DNA of 25,118 bases from a bacterium (GTDB lineage Bacteria > Bacteroidota > Bacteroidia > Bacteroidales > WCHB1-69), in assembly GCA_963644715.1 (NCBI GenBank), contig CAVIPZ010000002.1:1-25118 (forward strand), in the 5' to 3' direction. The translations under genes were made by a program, and so were the position numbers. The notes below the pieces were generated by a model, which made no database searches, was not told the DNA's origin, and saw only the letters and a list, made by a program, of their open reading frames with translations. Below are positions 1 to 7,101 of the stretch, one piece after another. The stretch's first letter is position 1; each line of letters opens with the position of its first letter.

Positions 1-78
1 CCTCAAACCAATACCGAAATTGAAATTCCGGCCAAATCAATTGTCCGTTTCAAGGCTGGTTCAGAACTGAAATTCTAA
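1..78 (+). CDS. hup: HU family DNA-binding protein, 3' fragment (truncated by window start)
   Basis: Frame 1 reads PQTNTEIEIPAKSIVRFKAGSELKF*, matching the HU C-terminal arm motif (NP)QTGxxIxIPAxxxxxFKAGxxLK. Confidence 0.85.
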   Translation, partial: PQTNTEIEIPAKSIVRFKAGSELKF

Positions 79-98
79 TTTTCAAAACTAAAGACGTG

Positions 99-126
99 AA
101 AAAGCCCTCATGTCAGGGCTTTTTTT
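99..126 (+). terminator. Intrinsic terminator after hup
   Basis: aaaaagccct-catgtc-agggct followed by a T run; hairpin with U-tract about 20 nt after the stop. Confidence 0.85.
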
Positions 127-142
127 GTTTGCCTGATAATTT

Positions 143-835
143 ATGAGAGACATCATCGACCCTACGCTGCGCGAAGAGATAATAGCCTACTTGTCAGGAT
201 TTGTCACGGAAGTGCGTCGCGACAGGATGGCTGAAGTGCTGGCCAACCGCACCCGTCACGTCACTGTTGTGCTTGAAGACCTGTACCAAACGCAGAACAT
301 CAGTGCCGTGATGCGCACTTGCGAATGTTATGGCATACAAGACGCCTACATCGTAGAAAACCGGAACGAGTTTGAGATACACCACGACATCAGTATGGGC
401 GCTGACAAATGGCTGACGCTGCACCGCTACCCGCACGGGGAAGGAAACGTCAAAAAGTGTATCGATGACCTTCACGCTCAAGGCTACCAAGTGGTGGCCA
501 CACTTCCCGACGAACGGAAAACATCCGTATGGGATTTGCCCGTTGAGCAGAAAACCGCTTTTCTGTTTGGCACAGAGTTGACCGGACTTTCCGACGAGGC
601 TGTGCAATATGCAGACTGCAATGCCTTGATTCCGATGTACGGATTTACCGAAAGTTTCAACATCTCGAACTCGGCAGCCATCATCCTTTCCGGATTTACC
701 GAAAGGATGCGTCGCTCGGCGGTTGACTGGCGTCTTGACCCCGATGAGGCCCGCTCCCTCTATTGCAACTGGCTTCAGAAAAGCGTCCGCGACCCCGACG
801 GCATCATCGACCACTACCTGAAGTCGAGGGGGTGA
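143..835 (+). CDS. trmH: TrmH/SpoU family tRNA (guanosine-2'-O)-methyltransferase
   Basis: SPOUT motifs VVLEDLYQTQNISAVMRTCE, FGTELTGLS and IPMYGFTESFNISNSAAI. Confidence 0.85.
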   Translation: MRDIIDPTLREEIIAYLSGFVTEVRRDRMAEVLANRTRHVTVVLEDLYQTQNISAVMRTCECYGIQDAYIVENRNEFEIHHDISMGADKWLTLHRYPHGEGNVKKCIDDLHAQGYQVVATLPDERKTSVWDLPVEQKTAFLFGTELTGLSDEAVQYADCNALIPMYGFTESFNISNSAAIILSGFTERMRRSAVDWRLDPDEARSLYCNWLQKSVRDPDGIIDHYLKSRG

Positions 836-1400
836 CGGCCAGTTTACGCCACTTCAGATAGCCGACGACCGCAATCAGCGTATAAATCGAGTAAAGTACG
901 GCTGTGGGGTAGAGTCCTTTCCAAGTGTAAAGGATGACCGAAACAAGGTCAACCACAACCCACAGCAGCCATTGCTCGGCATACTTGCGCGACAGCATCC
1001 ACATGGCCACAATGCTCAATGCGGTGGTAAAGCCGTCACCAATAGGGACTACGCTGTCGGTCAAGAATTTCAGGATTGACGAAAATGCCAGCCAAAGAGC
1101 GGCAGTCACGGCCATAGACTTAAGCAGACAGCGTGCAGGAATCCGGATTATCGGTATCTCCTCTTCATTCCCAGCAGGGTTCTTCTTCCGGTTTTTCACC
1201 CAAAAAACCCAGCCGTAAACATTGGCGCCGATGTAATACAGGTTAAGGGCGGCATCGGCATAGAACTTTCCGTGAAAGAATATGACCACATAAAACAACG
1301 ACATCAGAATGCCGACGGGCCAAAGACTTACATGGGCTTTGTATTCAAGAAACAGGTATAGCAGCCCGATGGCTGCACCGACAATCTCAATTACATCCAT
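804..1400 (-). CDS. pnuC: PnuC-family vitamin transporter (nicotinamide riboside or thiamine type)
   Basis: Multi-TM 198 aa; EIVGAAIGLLYLFLE, YGWVFW, DGFTTALSIVAMWMLSRKYAEQWLLWVVVD (WxxW motif). Confidence 0.88.
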   Translation of the reverse strand: MDVIEIVGAAIGLLYLFLEYKAHVSLWPVGILMSLFYVVIFFHGKFYADAALNLYYIGANVYGWVFWVKNRKKNPAGNEEEIPIIRIPARCLLKSMAVTAALWLAFSSILKFLTDSVVPIGDGFTTALSIVAMWMLSRKYAEQWLLWVVVDLVSVILYTWKGLYPTAVLYSIYTLIAVVGYLKWRKLAVTPSTSGSGR

Positions 1401-1418
1401 ACTTTTTTCAGTAGAAAC

Positions 1419-1470
1419 GGCGGCAAAAATACAAAAAATGAAGTGTCGTTTTTTTTGTATTTTTGCCGCC
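1419..1470. promoter_or_regulatory. Divergent Bacteroidota sigma-A promoters (pnuC and dsrC) forming a perfect 20-bp inverted repeat
   Basis: ggcggcaaaaatacaaaaaa (1419-1438), 12-nt spacer, ttttttgtatttttgccgcc (1451-1470). TAnnTTTG boxes at 1424-1431 (-) and 1458-1465 (+). Confidence 0.75.
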
Positions 1471-1488
1471 TGTAAAACACTTGTAATT

Positions 1489-1806
1489 ATGGCAAATATT
1501 GAATACGAAGGAAAAACCTACGAGCTTGACGGTGATGGCTTCATGCTTAAGCCCGAAGAGTGGACCGAAGGTCTGGCCGCAGCAATCGCCAAAGCCGATG
1601 GCATTGAAGAACTGAACGAAAGCCATTGGAAGATCATCCGTTGCATCCGCGAAAATTACGAAGAAAAGGGCATTGCCCCGATGGTGCGCGTCATCTGCAA
1701 GACTTCAGGGCTGAAACTGAAAGAGATATACGAACTGTTTCCGTTGGGACCAGCCAGAGGCGCGTGCCGCGTTGCCGGGCTTCCGAAACCGGAGGGCTGC
1801 GTATAA
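1489..1806 (+). CDS. dsrC: DsrC (TusE/DsrC/DsvC family) sulfur-carrier protein with both C-terminal cysteines
   Basis: 105 aa from ATG 1489 (MANIEYEGK...); DGDGFM, GIAPMVR, KLKEIYELFPLGPARGACRVAGLPKPEGCV* with Cys93-X10-Cys104. The track ORF start at 1309 overlaps pnuC and is unlikely. Confidence 0.9.
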   Translation: MANIEYEGKTYELDGDGFMLKPEEWTEGLAAAIAKADGIEELNESHWKIIRCIRENYEEKGIAPMVRVICKTSGLKLKEIYELFPLGPARGACRVAGLPKPEGCV

Positions 1807-1827
1807 GCACAAAAACATAACGCGCTT

Positions 1828-2472
1828 ATGTTGCCAATCCAATATGTTGCCCTGGTTGCAGTCGTGTGCTGCTTCTGCGGGATGGTCGCTTTCTTTGTCA
1901 GAACAGTCAGGTTAGGGAAGCCGAAGGATTTGTCGGAAAAGAGCGGCGACACGGCTAAGGGCATCTTGTATGCCAACACAAAAGCCATGATGCCGCAAAA
2001 CAAGGAGTCTGCATACCTGCACATTCCCTCGTATGTCTCCGGCATGCTTTTCCATATCGGCACTTTCTGCAGTTTGCTCATATTCGTGCTGTCGTTCTTC
2101 CCGTTTTTCGGACGGTGGATGAACAACTTGCCTGTTCTGCGTGTACTTCTTGCGGCGGCTGTGTCTGTGACCTGCTTCTGCGGGTATGCCCTGCTGTTGA
2201 AAAGGGCTTTTTCGAAAGACTTGAAGCCGCTTTCTACCCCCGACGACTATATCTCCAACGCACTGACATCCACATTCCAACTGTTTACCGTGTTGTACCT
2301 GTGCCTCTCGTGCGTTCCGGCTATTGTTGTCCTTTACTATATTGCTTGCTCTCTGCTGTTCTTGTATATGCCGCTGGGAAAATTGAGACATGTCGTGTTC
2401 TATTTTGCAGCACGCTATCACCTCGGCTTTTTCTATGGATGGCGGAATGTATGGCCCAACAATGAAGATTGA
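1828..2472 (+). CDS. NarI/DsrM/TmcC-like membrane cytochrome b subunit
   Basis: About five hydrophobic segments; LFHIG (His76), KR...STPDDY and YMPLGKLRH (His188) are characteristic of the nitrate reductase gamma / DsrM family; 21 nt downstream of dsrC. Confidence 0.7.
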   Translation: MLPIQYVALVAVVCCFCGMVAFFVRTVRLGKPKDLSEKSGDTAKGILYANTKAMMPQNKESAYLHIPSYVSGMLFHIGTFCSLLIFVLSFFPFFGRWMNNLPVLRVLLAAAVSVTCFCGYALLLKRAFSKDLKPLSTPDDYISNALTSTFQLFTVLYLCLSCVPAIVVLYYIACSLLFLYMPLGKLRHVVFYFAARYHLGFFYGWRNVWPNNED

Positions 2473-2493
2473 ACCCGATAAAACTTTTGCATT

Positions 2494-3900
2494 ATGAGAT
2501 TAGATTTTTTAGGCGCCACCGGAGAGGTTACTGGCAGCAAGTTTTTGCTTACCACTAAAAAAGGAACCAAAATATTGCTGGACTGCGGAATGTATCAAGG
2601 CAAAGGACTTGAAACCGACCACATGAACAGAGACTTGGGCTTTGACCCGGCCGAAATTGACATTTTGCTGTTGTCGCATGCCCACATCGACCATTCGGGA
2701 CTCATCCCCTACATTTACAAATTGGGATTCCGGGGCAAAGTGTTCTGCACGCCGGCCACCCGTGACCTTTGCGCTATAATGCTGGCCGACTCCGGACGGA
2801 TACAGGAGGCGGATGCCAAGCAGTTCAATAAGAAGACCTCCCGAATCGGCAAAGAGCCTATAGAGCCAATCTATACGGAGAAAGATGCGGCTGAGTGTAT
2901 GACCCAGTTCGTGAGCATACCGCGGAACCTGAAATTCGACATAATGCCCGACTTTTCCATAGAATTTTTCGAGACCGGGCACATGTTGGGAAGCAGCGCC
3001 GTTTATATCACCTTTAAAGAGGGACGCAAGACGCGCACGCTTTGTTATACGGGCGACATAGGGCGTTACAGCAAGCAAATACTGCCAGACCCCGAAGCCT
3101 TTCCGCCAGCAGACTACATTATCACGGAATCGACTTACGGCGACAGGTTGCACTCAACGCTTGCCGAGGCTGATATGGAATTGGCTATGGTTGTGAAAGA
3201 CGCCTGCGCCAAACGGAAAGGCAAACTGCTCATCCCTTCTTTTGCCATAGGAAGGACACAGGAAATCGTCTATTCGCTGCATAGACTGAAAAAAAGCGGC
3301 AACCTGCCTGACATCGAATGTTTTGTGGATAGTCCGCTGGCATGTTCCGCCACCAACATTTACCGGCTGCATGACGAGAACTTCAACAGCGACATCCGTA
3401 AATTCATGGAGCAGAACAGAGACCCGTTCGGATTCGATGACTTGACGTACGTTCGCACCGTTGAAGATTCAAAACGGCTGAACACCTCAAACCGTCCTTG
3501 CATCATCATATCCGCATCGGGCATGATGGAAGCCGGACGTATCAAGCATCATCTGGCCAACAACATTGAGAACCCGAGGACTACGATTTTGTGTGTAGGC
3601 TACTGTTCTCCCAGCACCTTAGGAGCAAAAATCATGCGCGGCGACAAGAAAGTCTCCATTTTCGGACAACTTTATAACGTAAACGCTCATCTTGCCCGCA
3701 TTGATGCCTATTCAGGACATGCCGACTACAAAGAACTAATCGCCTATCTGTCTTGCCAGAAAGACAACAAGAAACTCAAAAACATCTTTGTCGTACATGG
3801 CGAAGACGAGGCGCGCAACACTTACGTCCAGCACCTTGGCGAGGCCGGATTCAAGCACACATACGTGCCGGTATTCCGCGAAACTGTTGAACTTGTCTGA
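2494..3900 (+). CDS. MBL-fold beta-CASP metallo-hydrolase (YSH1/COG1236-like ribonuclease)
   Basis: FLGATGEVTGS, DCG, SHAHIDHSG, GHMLGS, YTGDIG, ESTYGDRLH, SASGMMEAGRIKHHL, SGHAD, VHGE. Confidence 0.9.
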   Translation: MRLDFLGATGEVTGSKFLLTTKKGTKILLDCGMYQGKGLETDHMNRDLGFDPAEIDILLLSHAHIDHSGLIPYIYKLGFRGKVFCTPATRDLCAIMLADSGRIQEADAKQFNKKTSRIGKEPIEPIYTEKDAAECMTQFVSIPRNLKFDIMPDFSIEFFETGHMLGSSAVYITFKEGRKTRTLCYTGDIGRYSKQILPDPEAFPPADYIITESTYGDRLHSTLAEADMELAMVVKDACAKRKGKLLIPSFAIGRTQEIVYSLHRLKKSGNLPDIECFVDSPLACSATNIYRLHDENFNSDIRKFMEQNRDPFGFDDLTYVRTVEDSKRLNTSNRPCIIISASGMMEAGRIKHHLANNIENPRTTILCVGYCSPSTLGAKIMRGDKKVSIFGQLYNVNAHLARIDAYSGHADYKELIAYLSCQKDNKKLKNIFVVHGEDEARNTYVQHLGEAGFKHTYVPVFRETVELV

Positions 3901-3916
3901 CGCAGATCTCTGTACA

Positions 3917-4786
3917 ATGAGCAAACTGAACATACTGGTGACGGGAGCGAACGGGCAACTCGGGAGGTGCATTCAGGACTTTTCGAAAAGGCTTCCGGAG
4001 GGCGAATGTCGATTCTTTTTCACAGACATCGATACGCTTGACATTTGCGATGCCGGGCAGATAGAGCGGCGAATTGTCAGGGATGAAATAGACGTCATCG
4101 TCAATGCTGCGGCCTATACGGCCGTTGACAAGGCCGAAGACAACATTGCGGAGGCTTATCGCATCAACCGCGATGCCGTGGACAATTTGGCCAAGTGTGC
4201 AAAGCGTCGTGGGGTGTATCTGGTTCACATCTCTACTGACTATGTGTTTTCGGGCGATGAGTGCCGGCCGCACCGCGAGGAAGACCCTATAGCCCCGCGG
4301 TCCGTTTATGGAAAATCGAAAGCGGAAGGAGAGCAGGCCATTCGCGACAGCGGATGCCATGCGACGATAATCCGCACCTCGTGGCTCTATTCCGAGTATG
4401 GTCATAATTTTGTGAAGACGATGCTCAAATTAGGGAAGGAGCGTGAGCGCGTCACGGTTGTGTATGACCAGATAGGCGGCCCGACTTACGCGGGAGATCT
4501 GGCCTCTGCAATATGGAGCGTAATTGAGAAGAACGGCAAGTCAAGCGGGATGAACGTTTACCATTTCGCAAACAAAGGCAGCATCAGCTGGTTCGACTTT
4601 GCACAGGCCATTATGGAAATCGGCGGTTGCAATTGTCGAGTAGATGCCATCTTGTCGGAAAATTATCCCGCAAAAGCGCCAAGACCGGCTTGTTCCGTGT
4701 TCGATTTGAGCAAGATTGAAAGTGAAACAGGCATCGATATACCCTATTGGAGAGATAGTTTGAAACTGACAATCAGTAAATTATAA
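3917..4786 (+). CDS. rfbD: dTDP-4-dehydrorhamnose reductase
   Basis: Start at ATG 3917 (MSKLNILVTGANGQLG); NAAAYTAVDKAE, HISTDYVFSG, YGKSK, NFVKTML, DQIGGPTYAGDLA. Confidence 0.93.
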   Translation: MSKLNILVTGANGQLGRCIQDFSKRLPEGECRFFFTDIDTLDICDAGQIERRIVRDEIDVIVNAAAYTAVDKAEDNIAEAYRINRDAVDNLAKCAKRRGVYLVHISTDYVFSGDECRPHREEDPIAPRSVYGKSKAEGEQAIRDSGCHATIIRTSWLYSEYGHNFVKTMLKLGKERERVTVVYDQIGGPTYAGDLASAIWSVIEKNGKSSGMNVYHFANKGSISWFDFAQAIMEIGGCNCRVDAILSENYPAKAPRPACSVFDLSKIESETGIDIPYWRDSLKLTISKL

Positions 4787-4836
4787 AAAATATGAATAAT
4801 TTTTTCTGATAAAGGTTGAAGCTTTCAAAAAAAATG

Positions 4837-4844
4837 TATTTTTG
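4837..4844 (+). promoter_or_regulatory. Bacteroidota -7 promoter box for tRNA-Thr/tuf
   Basis: TATTTTTG(C) in an AT-rich intergenic region about 55 nt upstream of the tRNA. Confidence 0.65.
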
Positions 4845-4899
4845 CCAACCTTTTGAAAATGTACGTGTGAAACGTTCTTTTTTTAAAGTATGAAGATCA

Positions 4900-4971
4900 G
4901 CCGTTGTAGCTCAGTGGTAGAGTACCTCCTTGGTAAGGAGGGGGTCACGAGTTCAACTCTCGTCAACGGCT
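4900..4971 (+). tRNA. tRNA-Thr (GGT)
   Basis: Acceptor GCCGTTG/CAACGGC; D arm GCTCAGTGGTAGAGT; anticodon stem CCTCC-TTGGTAA-GGAGG; T arm ACGAG-TTCAACT-CTCGT; CCA not encoded. Confidence 0.96.
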
Positions 4972-5029
4972 CTCTTTTTTTTTGACAACTGATAACTATT
5001 AAAAATATTAATCATTAATTTATAAGAAA

Positions 5030-6217
5030 ATGGCAAAAGAAAAATTTGAACGTACCAAACCCCACGTAAATGTGGGAACCATCGGTCACATCGACCATGG
5101 CAAGACAACTTTGACGGCTGCTATCACGACTGTTTTGGCAGACAAAGGTCTTTCCGAGGTCAGATCATTCGATTCAATTGATAACGCACCTGAGGAAAAA
5201 GAGCGTGGTATTACCATCAACACGGCTCATATCGAATATGAAACAGCAAATCGTCACTATGCACACGTTGACTGTCCGGGTCACGCCGACTATGTGAAGA
5301 ACATGGTAACGGGTGCCGCTCAGATGGACGGCGCTATTCTGGTCGTTGCTGCTACGGATGGTCCGATGCCTCAGACCCGCGAGCACATCCTGTTGGCAAA
5401 ACAGGTCGGCGTTCCGAGAATGGTTGTTTTCATGAACAAGGTTGACCTTGTTGACGACCCTGAGCTTCTCGACCTCGTTGAAATGGAAATCCGCGACCTG
5501 CTGACATTCTACGGTTTCGACGGCGACAACACCCCGGTTATCCGCGGCTCTGCTCTCGGCGGCCTGAACCTTGAACCGAAATGGGTTGAGAAAATCGTTG
5601 AACTGATGGATGCAGTTGACACTTGGATTCCGCTGCCTCCGCGCGATGTTGATAAAGACTTCCTGATGCCGGTAGAAGACGTGTTCTCTATCACGGGACG
5701 TGGCACTGTGGCTACAGGTAGAATCGAGACGGGTGTCATCCACACTTCTGACCCTGTTGACATTATCGGTATGGGTGCCGAAAAACTGAAATCAGTCGTT
5801 ACCGGTGTCGAGATGTTCCGCAAGATTCTCGATGAAGGCGAAGCTGGTGATAACGTAGGTCTGCTGCTCCGCGGTATCGACAAGGACGAAATCCGTCGTG
5901 GTATGGTTATCGCAAAACCGGGCTCTATCCATCCGCACAAGAAATTCAAAGCTTCTGTGTATGTTTTGAAGAAAGAAGAAGGCGGTCGTCACACCCCGTT
6001 TGGCAACAACTATCGTCCTCAATTCTACTTCCGTACAACGGACGTTACGGGCGCAATCACACTGCCGGAAGGCGTTGAGATGTGTATGCCTGGTGATAAC
6101 GTTGAAATCACGGTTGACCTGCTCTCTGAAATCGCTCTGAACCAGAACCTCCGTTTCGCTATCCGCGAAGGTGGCCGTACGGTAGGCGCAGGTCAGGTAA
6201 CTGAAATCCTTGACTAA
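5030..6217 (+). CDS. tuf: Elongation factor Tu
   Basis: [60 protein letters not shown]. Confidence 0.99.
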   Translation: MAKEKFERTKPHVNVGTIGHIDHGKTTLTAAITTVLADKGLSEVRSFDSIDNAPEEKERGITINTAHIEYETANRHYAHVDCPGHADYVKNMVTGAAQMDGAILVVAATDGPMPQTREHILLAKQVGVPRMVVFMNKVDLVDDPELLDLVEMEIRDLLTFYGFDGDNTPVIRGSALGGLNLEPKWVEKIVELMDAVDTWIPLPPRDVDKDFLMPVEDVFSITGRGTVATGRIETGVIHTSDPVDIIGMGAEKLKSVVTGVEMFRKILDEGEAGDNVGLLLRGIDKDEIRRGMVIAKPGSIHPHKKFKASVYVLKKEEGGRHTPFGNNYRPQFYFRTTDVTGAITLPEGVEMCMPGDNVEITVDLLSEIALNQNLRFAIREGGRTVGAGQVTEILD

Positions 6218-6232
6218 TCGTCATTGAAAATA

Positions 6233-6262
6233 TAAAAAGGGGCAAACTCATGCCCCTTTTTA
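6233..6262 (+). terminator. Terminator-like hairpin between tuf and tRNA-Trp
   Basis: taaaaaggggca (6233-6244), loop aactca, then the complementary arm (6251-6262) ending in a T5 run; perfect 12-bp stem. Confidence 0.7.
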
Positions 6263-6265
6263 CAC

Positions 6266-6336
6266 AGGGGATTAGTTTAATGGTAGAATGACGGTCTCCA
6301 AAACCGCAGATGGGAGTTCGATTCTCTCATCCCCTG
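6266..6336 (+). tRNA. tRNA-Trp (CCA) with unpaired 27-43 position (4-bp anticodon stem)
   Basis: Acceptor AGGGGAT/ATCCCCT plus G73; D arm GTTT-AATGGTA-GAAT; anticodon arm A-CGGT-CTCCAAA-ACCG-C; T arm GGGAG-TTCGATT-CTCTC. Confidence 0.93.
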
Positions 6337-6382
6337 CTAAAAATCATTGTGTTTTTTCATAATTGATGTGATAAGGTTTAAC

Positions 6383-6420
6383 TAAAAAAGGCATATTTTG
6401 TAATATGTCTTTTTTATTTT
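6383..6420 (+). terminator. Intrinsic terminator downstream of tRNA-Trp
   Basis: aaaaaaggcatatt-ttgt-aatatgtctttttt (one G.U pair) followed by a long T-rich tract. Confidence 0.65.
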
Positions 6421-6466
6421 TGCCTTTTGGTTTTTACTTGTATAATGTTTTGGTACACCATACCTT

Positions 6467-6474
6467 TACCTTTG
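6467..6474 (+). promoter_or_regulatory. Bacteroidota -7 promoter box for the FtsZ-like gene
   Basis: TACCTTTG(C) about 50 nt upstream of ATG 6524. Confidence 0.6.
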
Positions 6475-6523
6475 CAAACTCAAACAGCAGGGTATGGATT
6501 TCTGCATAAAACATTATTACACT

Positions 6524-7075
6524 ATGAATATTACTTGCATTAAGAATTCTGAAACTACAAACACCTCCAAGATTCTGCTCATCGGCATTGGAACCGCCGG
6601 TTCTTCTGTTGTTCAAACTGCAGCGCAACGACACAATGCTGCTCACCTCAACTGCTATTTGTGCGACGTGCCCGCAGGTTGCGCCAATGAACCCAAACGC
6701 GGACGGAGATACGCTATAACCTTACTTCCCGAACTGGACGAAATGACAAAAGGCTGCATACAAAAGGTTATCCTGATTTCGGCGTTAGGCGGAGGAACAG
6801 GTTCGGGTGCAACACCTTTAATTGCCAATTATTTTGTTGCGAAAGGAGTATCGTTGCATTGTGTTGTTTCTCTTCCGTTTGAATTTGAGGGAGAACACAG
6901 ACAGACCAATGCCAAGTCTGCTGTTTATGAACTTCTGAGTGTCGCTGCCAGCACAAAGGTAATCAATCTCGCCAGGTGTGCCAAGTTTTGCAACCCTGAT
7001 GAACAGTTCGGTACATTTATGGACAAAGTTGACCTGATATTCATTAAGGAGATAGCGTCTTTACTTGATGAATGA
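6524..7075 (+). CDS. Short FtsZ/tubulin-family protein: N-terminal GTPase domain only (about 183 aa; alternative start 6494)
   Basis: ILLIGIGTAG (T1-like), tubulin signature ALGGGTGSGATP, VVSLPFEFEGEHR; ends after a helix-H7-like segment. ATG 6524 has an AT-rich leader with A at -3. Confidence 0.8.
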   Translation: MNITCIKNSETTNTSKILLIGIGTAGSSVVQTAAQRHNAAHLNCYLCDVPAGCANEPKRGRRYAITLLPELDEMTKGCIQKVILISALGGGTGSGATPLIANYFVAKGVSLHCVVSLPFEFEGEHRQTNAKSAVYELLSVAASTKVINLARCAKFCNPDEQFGTFMDKVDLIFIKEIASLLDE

Positions 7076-7101
7076 TGCTTTAGGATGCTATATGTTTGCG
7101 A

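Noticed and set aside
1309..1488. 60-aa N-terminal extension of DsrC in the ORF track
   Set aside because: It overlaps pnuC and spans the promoter; family homology begins at ATG 1489.
1401..1488. Riboswitch (TPP or other) upstream of pnuC
   Set aside because: The gap is only 88 bp, mostly promoter; no TPP core motif is visible.
2470..2496. In-frame TGA readthrough fusing the cytochrome b to the MBL protein
   Set aside because: The genes are in frame, but a TAA follows two codons after the TGA (tga acc cga taa).
2494..3900. MBL protein as a persulfide dioxygenase partner of DsrC
   Set aside because: Length and motifs (ESTYG, SGHAD, VHGE) identify a beta-CASP ribonuclease, not an ETHE1-type enzyme.
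4811..4853. Inverted repeat aaaggttg...caaccttt around the tuf promoter
   Set aside because: Only 8 bp with a long spacer in AT-rich DNA; could be chance.
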